DNA from: Candidatus Parcubacteria bacterium
GTDB lineage: Bacteria > Patescibacteriota > Minisyncoccia > Phycocordibacterales > JAKAEA01
Length of the DNA: 64,000 nucleotides
NCBI GenBank assembly: GCA_963806325.1
Contig: CAWDXL010000002.1
Location: forward strand, 64,250-128,249
Reading direction: 5' to 3'
Shown here in pieces: positions 42,475-50,863 of the stretch. The number at the start of each line of letters is the position of its first letter. Positions within the stretch are counted from its first letter, which is position 1. The notes below the pieces were generated by a model that saw nothing but the letters and a program-made list of their open reading frames with translations, searched no databases and was not told the origin of the DNA. The position numbers and the translations under genes are program-made.

Positions 42475-43711
42475 ATCGATTAATGATGAGCTGACAGAAG
42501 ACCGGTTCGATTTCTGCGAGTCGTGATTGGCGCTTTAGGGCTTCGCAAGCGACTAACAGGCTGCCACTTCCAGCCGTTAAATCTAAAATAATGTCTCCCG
42601 GCTTGCTGCAGCGCCGGATGGATTTTTCGTAGAGCGTCGGGGGCTTCATGGTGCTATGTTCATATTGATTACCGGGTAGCCGTTGTACGAGCCATATGTG
42701 GAAAATGTCCATGATGTCGTCGATCAGCCGATTGCCACTACCAATTTCTTTGTTCTGAAATTCACTCAGATTTTTTATTTTGTCCGACAAAAAGGGATGT
42801 CCTTTTAAACCATACATACACAACTCGACCGCCCGATTGAAAGCAATTTGAGGCGTTGGGTTGTGCGATCCTTTACACCACATACAGAGCCTCTTGAAAT
42901 GTATATCAAGCTCTTTGTATATTTCTTGCAGCAGACCGATATATTTTTCATCGAGCCATGAGAAGATATGGCAGTCATCCTTGCTAACTGATAGGGCGTT
43001 GCGTAGAATACTTGTGAGAAACTTCCGATACTCGGCGTCTGATTTTTTGTCATTGATCGTTCCACCATAATTTTGTTTTCCGCCGAGGCCTTTGGAATAG
43101 TCCACGCCTATGTTGTATGGAAAATCAATGTTTATGAGATCTATCTTTTCCTTGCCGACAAGCCTTTTAACCGTATTAGGATCAGTACTATCGAAGCAAA
43201 TCAAACGGTGTATACCGAGCTGGAATAGATCACCTGATTTGATTGAGGTTGTCTTGGCTTTTTCCAATTCCTGTTCCTCGTTAATGCTGTCATCGATGAC
43301 TTCAAGGTTATCGTCGAAGATGTTACTCAAATCGGCTGAATCGAAGCCGGCGGTGAGAAGAAGATCGAGATCAAAATCTTGGCCTAAAATATCCCAATTA
43401 AATTCGCCGCCTGAGCGGTTACTCGTGAGCAAGTAGTCTTTAAATTCCTGGTCGGTTAATGTTCTGTTTGGAATTCTGACTTCGATTTCTTCTTCTCCGC
43501 GCCCGAGCAGCTGGAGTATTTTTATGCGTTGATGCCCGGCAATTATAGTGCCATCGGTATTAATGGCTGGCAGTTCGACGAGATTGAATTTCTTAAAGCT
43601 GCGCTTTAAGTCATCCACCTGCTTATCCGATATGACCCTTGGGTTTTTTGAATAGGGTAGCAGACTATTCACTTTGCGTTTTACCGTCCTCCAGTCTAAT
43701 TTTTTCGACAT
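42434..43711 (-). CDS. ParB-like nuclease domain fused to a DNA methyltransferase
   Basis: ParB-N (NPRVISDKQVDDLKRS...IIAGHQR), then motif IV-like IDFPYN and motif I ILDLTAGSGS. Confidence 0.8.
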   Translation of the reverse strand: MSKKLDWRTVKRKVNSLLPYSKNPRVISDKQVDDLKRSFKKFNLVELPAINTDGTIIAGHQRIKILQLLGRGEEEIEVRIPNRTLTDQEFKDYLLTSNRSGGEFNWDILGQDFDLDLLLTAGFDSADLSNIFDDNLEVIDDSINEEQELEKAKTTSIKSGDLFQLGIHRLICFDSTDPNTVKRLVGKEKIDLINIDFPYNIGVDYSKGLGGKQNYGGTINDKKSDAEYRKFLTSILRNALSVSKDDCHIFSWLDEKYIGLLQEIYKELDIHFKRLCMWCKGSHNPTPQIAFNRAVELCMYGLKGHPFLSDKIKNLSEFQNKEIGSGNRLIDDIMDIFHIWLVQRLPGNQYEHSTMKPPTLYEKSIRRCSKPGDIILDLTAGSGSLLVACEALKRQSRLAEIEPVFCQLIINRYEKLTNKKARKIN

Positions 43712-43845
43712 ACTTATTTCTAACTAATTAATAATAATCATTCCTCTACTAACACTACCCAAGCGATAGGGTCGTTTTGTGACATATGAAAAAAGTCATC
43801 ACTACGTGTGATAACTTTTTTGATACCGAATCCTTAATTTAAGGT

Positions 43846-44871
43846 CTATTTTTGCAGAATCTTTTTTAGGCTTTTCACTGCGCGACTTTTTGCTTTTCGC
43901 TGGGCGGGGTTCAATTTAGCACCTTTAAAATCTTCTACGAGCGCTTTTTGTTCCAATGGAGATAATTTCTCCATGGCCATATACAGATCCTTAATATCAA
44001 GCTCCATGTGTTTTGGCAGAAGATCGAATAATGACTCGTCAATCTCATCTATGGAAGGGTGTGCTCTCTTTTTAAATTTTGAACCGCTGCGGCCTTGTTC
44101 ATAATCTATGAAGCGTAAAAAGAGTAATTTTGGTAGGTCATTTAACTTTAATTTTGATCCCAATCTATCGACTGTTCTTCCAACTTCTTGTAACGCAAAC
44201 GACATATCCCCAAAAGCCTCTGACTGTGTAATTTCATAAAAACTTTTTCTGAAACCAGACCAGAATCTTTTAAGGCGCAACATCATATCAGCCCTCGTCT
44301 TATCGTCGCGCGGAGTATTTTGCGGTGTCTGACCAAGCAGGGTAATTGTTGCTAAAATGCCCATACGCTTGGCTTCAAGAATTTTTATATCCTCTTCCCA
44401 TTTTTTAATCATGCTCAGCGTCACGCCCGGCGCATTTTTCTTCAAATCTATTTCTGTCATTTTATCCATGAACCCTATCAATACTCGTGGTTCTTGCTCA
44501 AGTTGCTCTGCATATTTTTCATAGCTTGAGAGATCAAGAAAGATCGGAACTTCATATTCTTCCTCTACCCGGAGCATGGGATTGTGTGGTGCCGAGCCGG
44601 AGTTGTCATATAAGCTGAGTATGAAAGAGGATAGTCTCGGAATATCGTTATCAGTGATCGGTCGCTCTGCCCCTTTCAAAAATTGCTTTAGCATATAGAT
44701 CCGAAGGTAGATATCAGATACGCGAAAGAGTCCGGGGTGGAGCATACGCTGGCGGTGATATATAACCAATTCTTTTTTGAGAGTTTTAGGACTACCAATG
44801 CTACGTTCAAATTTTTTCAAAGCTTTTTCAAGCTTACTTGCGCTACTGGGAGTTTTTGGCTGTTTTGTCAT
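43846..44871 (-). CDS. Hypothetical protein with a sigma-70 region-4-like C-terminus
   Basis: 341 aa. The C-terminus LSPLEQKALVEDFKGAKLNPAQRKAKSRAVKSLKKIL resembles a region-4 HTH. I recognise no family. Confidence 0.45.
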   Translation of the reverse strand: MTKQPKTPSSASKLEKALKKFERSIGSPKTLKKELVIYHRQRMLHPGLFRVSDIYLRIYMLKQFLKGAERPITDNDIPRLSSFILSLYDNSGSAPHNPMLRVEEEYEVPIFLDLSSYEKYAEQLEQEPRVLIGFMDKMTEIDLKKNAPGVTLSMIKKWEEDIKILEAKRMGILATITLLGQTPQNTPRDDKTRADMMLRLKRFWSGFRKSFYEITQSEAFGDMSFALQEVGRTVDRLGSKLKLNDLPKLLFLRFIDYEQGRSGSKFKKRAHPSIDEIDESLFDLLPKHMELDIKDLYMAMEKLSPLEQKALVEDFKGAKLNPAQRKAKSRAVKSLKKILQK

Positions 44872-45044
44872 GCTTCTTAATTCATAAGCTTATATACTAA
44901 TTATACTCTTGGAAAGGTCGTTTTCTTCTTTTTATCGACCGAAATATTGAGAATGCCTTTTTATAGTGTCTTTACTGTCTCGCGCTCTTCAAAAAACCCT
45001 TATATTACGTGAATTATGCAAAAATAATGAGACACATGCAAATA

Positions 45045-46673
45045 CTACATGGTGATGCGGAGGGGTTGTTTTGAGGCTAGCAAAATCGCTCGAAAAGGCT
45101 TACACTGATTGGTATTACTATGTTCGCGACCCGAGTCGCTCACCAAACGATTCTTTTCATCACCAAACTGCGATTTAACGTTGTAGATTGGGCATAATTC
45201 AAGAGTTTTAATAGCTGGATAAGTGTAAATGATATTTTGAGGGAAAAGCAGGGTTCTTAAAACTCTTAAATCTTTTACATCTAAGTCTTTCCAAGTTTCA
45301 GGAAGATGTTTTAGAAAATAAATACTTGAGTCAATGATATTATCTAATCCAAACTCGGGCGTGGAGAGATTATTCATTTCTTGTCTCAAGGCTTCGATTT
45401 GAAGTTTATACTTTTCATTGGCTGGTACAAAATCTTCATCTGATATTTTTCCCTCAATTCTTAAATCGAGCAACTTTTCCTTTTTGTCTTTTATTTCTGC
45501 GATATTAGCATTCAATTTTCTTTCGGATGATGTAACAGAACTTAGCTCAGTTTTGTGAGCCATTTTTATTGCTTCTTTAAGAATGTCAAAAAAATCGTCA
45601 TTAGGAGTAAGCTCTGCAAGAAATTTGGTAAAGTCTTTTTCCATATCAATTTTTGAGATGGCTTTTCTTTTTAGACAATCTTTATTGTAACATCCGTAAT
45701 ACTGGTAATATTTTTTAGTTTTACTCCTTGATGGTCCTCCAGACATATTTTTACCACATCCATCACATTTTATTCCGCGCAAAGGAAAGTTTGGATTATC
45801 CAGATTACGAGGATTCTTTCTACCAATATTTATGCCATGTCGCACATCTTGAGCCTGTCTGTATAATTTTTCACTGATAATTGGTTCGTGGGAACCCATC
45901 ACTGATACCTGAAACTTTAGAACTGTAATCATTCCGTAGTAGATTGGATTTGCGATTATTTTAGCTACGAGTTGTTTGCTAATCTTCAAACCATGCTTAC
46001 TTTTCATTCCCATTTTGTTTGCCATAATGGCTAGTTCCCTAAAGGTATATTTCCCAGTCACATAATTTTCATAGAGCATTTTCACCACCGGAGCTTTTTC
46101 AGGATGAGGAATAATTATTTTATTTCCTAACTTATCTGTAGTGTTTAGGTAACCCCAGGGGGCAACTCCACTCCATAACCCTTTTAATAACCTCGCTCTC
46201 ATGCCCTCGCTTGTTCTTATAGACCTAACATCATTATCAAGTTGAGCAACAGCCGAGAGGATCGTTTCATTGAATTTTCCAGAAGGTGTGTCTTCAAGAT
46301 TCTCAGTTGCAGATGCCAATGAGATTCCAAGTTTATTGAAGAATGCTCTTAAGCTGAGGTGGTTTGCAGTATTTCTTGCCAATCTATCAACCTTATAAAC
46401 TACAATTCTGTCAATATTTTTCTTGTTTCTTTCACAATACATCATCATCTGTTGAAGCTTTGTTCTGTCAGTAGTTTTGGCTGATTCTCCCTCCTCTCTG
46501 AAGGATTGAAGCACATTGTGTAAAGTTCTGTGAGAAAATTCCGTGCAAAATTTTTCTTGATTGTCTAAACTGAAATTAAAAGTTTGTTCTTGTGAGGATA
46601 CTCTATAGTAGTGAACATCATTTTTCGGCTTCTCACTTTTGTAACTAAAATTTTTCATGTTTTTTATGATCAA
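45045..46673 (-). CDS. Large serine recombinase (integrase type)
   Basis: YYRVSSQEQ...SLDNQ, VDRLARN, a recombinase domain and a zinc ribbon (CDGCGKNM...YYGC). Confidence 0.9.
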   Translation of the reverse strand: MIIKNMKNFSYKSEKPKNDVHYYRVSSQEQTFNFSLDNQEKFCTEFSHRTLHNVLQSFREEGESAKTTDRTKLQQMMMYCERNKKNIDRIVVYKVDRLARNTANHLSLRAFFNKLGISLASATENLEDTPSGKFNETILSAVAQLDNDVRSIRTSEGMRARLLKGLWSGVAPWGYLNTTDKLGNKIIIPHPEKAPVVKMLYENYVTGKYTFRELAIMANKMGMKSKHGLKISKQLVAKIIANPIYYGMITVLKFQVSVMGSHEPIISEKLYRQAQDVRHGINIGRKNPRNLDNPNFPLRGIKCDGCGKNMSGGPSRSKTKKYYQYYGCYNKDCLKRKAISKIDMEKDFTKFLAELTPNDDFFDILKEAIKMAHKTELSSVTSSERKLNANIAEIKDKKEKLLDLRIEGKISDEDFVPANEKYKLQIEALRQEMNNLSTPEFGLDNIIDSSIYFLKHLPETWKDLDVKDLRVLRTLLFPQNIIYTYPAIKTLELCPIYNVKSQFGDEKNRLVSDSGREHSNTNQCKPFRAILLASKQPLRITM

Positions 46674-46808
46674 ACCAATTAAACCTCCGAATCTGATAAT
46701 CGCAAAATTTGAATCAAAGAAATTAAAACAGTAGGGAACGCTAAAATTGTTGCCTTATGGTGAGGAACCACCGCTGAGGGATTCCCCACGTAAAGCAACA
46801 AAGACTGC

Positions 46809-47198
46809 CTAGGAGTGCTGCTTTGGCTGTTTACAAGCGTATCTAAGCATCAAGTCAACTATGGATATCACTTTTATTCCTCGGAATTTCAGAAATCGTC
46901 TTAATCTCTGTAATCCAGCGGAGTTATTTGAGAGTCTGCCGATATCCGTGACAATTAGGAATTTTATCTTTCTGTTTAGCTTGATATATTCCATCATCTC
47001 TTTGAACGCAGGTCTGTCAAAATTTTTAGCAGAGATATCTTTCTCAGGAAAAATCTTGATAAGATTGATGCCTTTTTCATCGGCAAAATCTGTAATTGCT
47101 TTTTTCTGTTCCTCAAGGCTGTAGATGTTTTCTAATTCTTTATTGAAGAACCTAACATAGGCTATTGCATTCCCGAAAAATATTTTTGAATCATTCAT
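46809..47198 (-). CDS. Resolvase N-terminal-domain protein lacking the catalytic serine
   Basis: 129 aa. AIAYVRFFNKE...SLEEQ has RFF where the family has RVS. TDIGRLSNN is retained. There is no DNA-binding or recombinase domain. Confidence 0.55.
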   Translation of the reverse strand: MNDSKIFFGNAIAYVRFFNKELENIYSLEEQKKAITDFADEKGINLIKIFPEKDISAKNFDRPAFKEMMEYIKLNRKIKFLIVTDIGRLSNNSAGLQRLRRFLKFRGIKVISIVDLMLRYACKQPKQHS

Positions 47199-47359
47199 TA
47201 TTTTTTATCGTTAATATTCTTAATTTTTGAGTGTACGAGGAATAATCCAAGGTCATATAGATTTTGGGCTATTTTCTCAGCTTCACTATCACTGATCTGA
47301 CTGTCCTTATTTTTTAGGAGATCTTTGAGTTTTTTGACCCCCTCCTCTTTTTCCAGCAT
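47198..47359 (-). CDS. Small hypothetical protein (53 aa from the internal Met)
   Basis: MLEKEEGVKKLKDLLKNKDSQISDSEAEKIAQNLYDLGLFLV... It abuts the next gene, so its stop overlaps that gene's start. Confidence 0.35.
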   Translation of the reverse strand: MLEKEEGVKKLKDLLKNKDSQISDSEAEKIAQNLYDLGLFLVHSKIKNINDKK

Positions 47360-47406
47360 TACAGTTTTTGTAACCTTTGAGAGGCCAGATTTTTTCCAAC
47401 AAAAAA

Positions 47407-47473
47407 CTAGCACGCAAAAGTAATTAAACAATCAATTCACGAATGATTGCGGTTAATTACTTTTAGATGCTAG
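47407..47473. promoter_or_regulatory. 67-bp nested palindrome upstream of the recombinase operon
   Basis: ctagca..aaaagtaattaa..caatca-ttcacgaa-tgattg..ttaattactttt..tgctag. Confidence 0.45.
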
Positions 47474-47753
47474 CTGGCGGAGGCAACCCTTAGCAGGTTA
47501 CACGCTTTTATTGTATTGATTTGTTATCTGTCATTCCGCATGCTTCTAAAGGCTCTCATTTTGTGCTGGACACGCCTTGCAATTTTCTATCAGAAACAAA
47601 GTCAAAATCTAACACTTCCTGGGTCAATACCCAAAAGTATTATGTCAAAAACATTTCTATTAAATTTTCAAGGTTCGACCACCTGAAATACTTACTCACG
47701 TTTATCGACCATACTGAAACGATACTAAAGATTATAAAAAATAACAAGCTCAT

Positions 47754-47786
47754 TTAATTCAATTGCAAAATATGCAATTGAATTAA
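47754..47786. promoter_or_regulatory. Perfect 14-bp inverted repeat with a 5-nt spacer (candidate operator)
   Basis: ttaattcaattgca-aaata-tgcaattgaattaa, about 45 nt upstream of RNA motif copy 2. Confidence 0.45.
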
Positions 47787-47830
47787 TAAACTGTCTATGT
47801 TACTGTTCAAATACAACCGAATATCGAAGA

Positions 47831-47974
47831 GTAGCCTAAATCAGCAAGTCATTGCTGACATGGCGAAAAATCGCAGAGTACAGAAAACCCGATCATAAGG
47901 GCGTACTCTGCGTTGCTGGAGGAAACTTCAGTAGAGGCTTCGGCCTTCCTTGTGGTCGGATTTTTCGTGCCTAC
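47831..47974 (+). ncRNA. Unclassified structured RNA motif, copy 2 (5' leader of the 48004 gene)
   Basis: P1 is GUAG/CUAC. CCUAAA (47835-40) and CAUGG (47859-63) bracket hairpin 47843-56. There is a 10-bp helix 47872-81/47903-12 with an AGAAAA bulge, a GAAA hairpin at 47916-31 and a UUCG hairpin at 47934-47. Confidence 0.6.
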
Positions 47975-48003
47975 CACTAGGAGTTATTAATTAATAACCT
48001 AGT

Positions 48004-48615
48004 ATGGAAAACGCAACAGGCTCTCCTAAGAAAAAATGGTTCATGCGTCCAGCCGTTATATGGACGTTTGTAATATTAATATTGTTTGTAGTTGTCATGG
48101 TGAGTGGATTATTTTTGAACGGTAACAATAGTTCTACATCTCCCTCTATTGATACTCCAAACCAACAAGAAAATAGTCAGACGACTCCTTTTGCGACCAC
48201 GACAATAACAGACCTGATAAATAATCCACAGTCCGGTAGTCTCGTTCAGGTAACAGGAGTGATAGCGCAGAAAGGGGAATTTACATATTCAAACAATACG
48301 AGCTATTACCTAAAAATTACCAACGGCATAGACTCTACCTTGGTCCAATTATCTGATGGCAGTGGGACAACTCCTCCAAAATACGCACTCAACCAGTTCG
48401 TTGATGGTGAAACTATCTCTGTTCAAGCAGGGGAAGGAGAATTGGGTTCTTGTAGCGATACAGAGGATGGTGATGTCATCGGAAAGATGTGCACTTTGTT
48501 TGGTGTATGGAATCAAAAGAGTGTCCCTGTACTCATTCCCATTAACATTACTGTTGTTCAGAAGAATCCAACCTCGGTTACAAATGACTCTGTTTCTAGT
48601 GCTACAAAACAATGA
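48004..48615 (+). CDS. TM-anchored extracellular beta-rich protein
   Basis: 203 aa with one TM (VIWTFVILILFVVVMVSGLFL). Its architecture resembles the 38433 protein. Confidence 0.55.
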   Translation: MENATGSPKKKWFMRPAVIWTFVILILFVVVMVSGLFLNGNNSSTSPSIDTPNQQENSQTTPFATTTITDLINNPQSGSLVQVTGVIAQKGEFTYSNNTSYYLKITNGIDSTLVQLSDGSGTTPPKYALNQFVDGETISVQAGEGELGSCSDTEDGDVIGKMCTLFGVWNQKSVPVLIPINITVVQKNPTSVTNDSVSSATKQ

Positions 48616-49077
48616 ACCCAGCAGAAGAAATAGTAAAGTTTTGGCTTCAAGGCAGAGGATACTTTCTCCAATCCTCCATACCATTACCTCGCAACAAAGA
48701 GATAGATATATTAGCAATACATCCTGAGACGGGGGAAAGTATTACATGTCGAGGTATCTGTTTCTGTAAGATGTGCGAATTACGACAAGGATGCCCATGC
48801 ATTTGCTAAGGATTATTTCTCAGAAAGAAAGTTTAATTCGATATGTACTGAGGTTCAAAACATTCTCGGAAAGGATTATAAAAAAATGCTCATTGTCGGT
48901 GAGATTTCCTATAAAAATAAAAACATTTTGGAAGGCTTTATTGATGAGTGTAAAAAAGAGGGTATCGAGGTCTTAACCCTTAAAAAAATATTGGATGAAC
49001 TAAAGCCTAATCTTCTAACTCATACATATCTCAACCCAATCATTAAGACCGTTCAGATGGTCGATTTGTTCAAATAG
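48612..49077 (+). CDS. PD-(D/E)xK-type nuclease-fold protein; frameshift near 48740
   Basis: EIDILAIHPETGESIT then (other frame) HVEVSVSVR...MLIVGEIS...GIEVLTLKKIL. Its ATGA start overlaps the upstream gene. Confidence 0.45.
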
Positions 49078-49108
49078 GGTTTTATAAATTATTTACTAAT
49101 TATTTTTT

Positions 49109-49282
49109 ATGATGTTCTACAAACGATGTCCTAAATGCGGTAGTCCTGTTGGTACAAATGTGTCCAATGCTTCAGTGACCTGTAACTGTGGAAATAAGTT
49201 CTCAATGGAAGGAGCTGAATGTCCGCACCATAGTAAAAAGGGTGAGTGCAATAATCCAAGGTGTGAATTTGCCAAGAAATGA
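49109..49282 (+). CDS. Small zinc-ribbon protein (57 aa, below the track cutoff)
   Basis: MMFYKRCPKCGSPV...CNCGNKF...CPHH...CNNPRC. Confidence 0.35.
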   Translation: MMFYKRCPKCGSPVGTNVSNASVTCNCGNKFSMEGAECPHHSKKGECNNPRCEFAKK

Positions 49283-49338
49283 TTTGAGCATTCTCCGTCG
49301 AAGGCAATAAATTGAGAAATTATTCATAACTAATATTT

Positions 49339-49419
49339 ATGGAACAAACAAAAAAGTGCCCACACTGTCAAAAAGAAATTTCGATACTTGCAACAAAGTG
49401 TCCGTAGTGCAAAAGCTAA
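49339..49419 (+). pseudogene. Truncated paralog of the 38433 zinc-ribbon N-terminus (in-frame TAG at 49405)
   Basis: MEQTKKCPHCQKEISILATKCP*CKS* compares with METTTKKCPYCQKEIDANARKCPFCQS. Confidence 0.5.
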
Positions 49420-49610
49420 GTGGGGTACTGATTATACGATGGTTCAATACGAGTATAATCAGCAAGTTCATGCTTATAAAAGTATGTAAGGGCACAGTTT
49501 GTTGCACAAATTCAAGCACAGCATTAATGGTGGCGTTGGAGGGAGTAGTGATAAAATTACCAAATACACCTTTACATTATTCTTAGTGTGAAATAGTATA
49601 CACATTAAAT

Positions 49611-50249
49611 ATGCAAATCGCTTGGCGCACAGCTCATAATCTTGAATCACATAGTTACGTCTGTGGCTACTGTGGTAATCCCTTGGCCTCAGATAAAGGT
49701 TTTGTTGCTGATCAATTTCATCAAAATCCGAACAACAGTGCCATGACCGGTAACAAAGCATATATTTATATTTGTCACCATTGTCATAAACCAACTTTTT
49801 TTGACATTAACTTTACAACCCAAATTCCAGGTAAAAAATTTGGTAATGAAGTAAATGATATTGATGATGAAAAAGTATTGAAACTTTACAATGAAGCAAG
49901 AAATTGTTTTTCTCAGAATGCCTTTACAGCAGTAGTACTCTCCTGTAGAAAACTTTTAATGCATATTGCTGTAAACAAAGGAGCGTTAGCTGGTCAAAGT
50001 TTTATCCAGTATGTCGAGTACCTCTCTACTCAAGGTTATATACCGCCAGATGCTAAAGATTGGGTTGACCATATCCGACAAAAAGGGAATGAGGCTAACC
50101 ATGAAATTGTAATAATGAAAGAGGAAGATGCTAAAGACCTACTTAATTTTTCAGAAATGCTGCTCAAATTGATCTACGAGTTTCCTGCAAACATTAAAAA
50201 GAAGAAAACCTCCTCAACTATTCCTATGCAAGCACCTAAAGTAAACTAA
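49611..50249 (+). CDS. Zinc-ribbon plus DUF4145 domain protein
   Basis: CGYCG...CHHC N-terminus. The C-terminus ARNCFSQNAFTAVVLSCRKLLMHIA...IRQKGNEANHE...EDAKDLLNFSEMLLKLIY fits the DUF4145 pattern. Confidence 0.65.
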   Translation: MQIAWRTAHNLESHSYVCGYCGNPLASDKGFVADQFHQNPNNSAMTGNKAYIYICHHCHKPTFFDINFTTQIPGKKFGNEVNDIDDEKVLKLYNEARNCFSQNAFTAVVLSCRKLLMHIAVNKGALAGQSFIQYVEYLSTQGYIPPDAKDWVDHIRQKGNEANHEIVIMKEEDAKDLLNFSEMLLKLIYEFPANIKKKKTSSTIPMQAPKVN

Positions 50250-50581
50250 GTATAATTGTTTTTTATAAGACTCGGGGTTTTACCATCAATCCTATCGAAT
50301 ATATAATCTATAGCCCTCATATTTCCCTTGATTGCCATTTGTATCAATTTTTCCACAATCATTCTGTCTGCAGGCTCATCCTCACCATCACTAATCTTTT
50401 CGACAGCCTCTCGAAGTAGGGTAGCCATATGTCGTGTACCTTTTGGTTTACCGTAGGGATTTGGAGTATATCCAGGAAGCAGTTGGCCTTTCTCATTTCT
50501 CATAACGACTACTTTTTCCCTACCATTTTCTAGAGAAACAGCATTTTTTACATTTTCTTTTAAATTCATTGAATCAATCAT
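50246..50581 (-). CDS. DUF5681-like phage protein
   Basis: GQLLPGYTPNPYGKPKGTRHMATLL is the motif typical of that family. Confidence 0.5.
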   Translation of the reverse strand: MIDSMNLKENVKNAVSLENGREKVVVMRNEKGQLLPGYTPNPYGKPKGTRHMATLLREAVEKISDGEDEPADRMIVEKLIQMAIKGNMRAIDYIFDRIDGKTPSLIKNNYT

Positions 50582-50623
50582 TCAATCTTAGATATAGTAA
50601 GTACTACTAGAGTTTAGTTACTG

Positions 50624-50833
50624 TTAAGGGTTTACTTCTTTAAGCACATTTTGATCAAAATGCTCATATACGGGCTTATTTTCAAAGTTCGATATGATGT
50701 TTCCTAGCTTTGTAAAGAACTCAACCAAGGGTTTTGAATCTTGTATCGTTAGGGTCACAATTTGACTTTTGTTATAATTTAATATATAATACAAATAATG
50801 TAGTTGAAGCGTGGAGAGTGTCTCACCGCCCAC
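50624..50833 (-). CDS. Hypothetical protein
   Basis: A 69-aa ORF, supported only by its position upstream of the 50246 gene on the same strand. Confidence 0.25.
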   Translation of the reverse strand: MGGETLSTLQLHYLYYILNYNKSQIVTLTIQDSKPLVEFFTKLGNIISNFENKPVYEHFDQNVLKEVNP

Positions 50834-50863
50834 TGCATGTTCTTTAATAAAAGGAAACTGACC

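Larger units (their letters stand above)
39458..47500 (-). mobile_element. Integrated phage-derived module (prophage remnant or satellite-like element); boundaries approximate
   Basis: Eight co-oriented genes: a small ORF, a resolvase-like protein, a serine recombinase, a 341-aa protein, a ParB-methylase, a methylase, TerS and TerL. I recognise no capsid, portal or tail genes. Confidence 0.5.

Noticed and set aside
47521-47757. 78-aa ORF in the recombinase/RNA intergenic gap.
   Set aside because: It has AT-rich, low-complexity composition, no RBS and no recognisable fold. The region is better explained as regulatory or att DNA.
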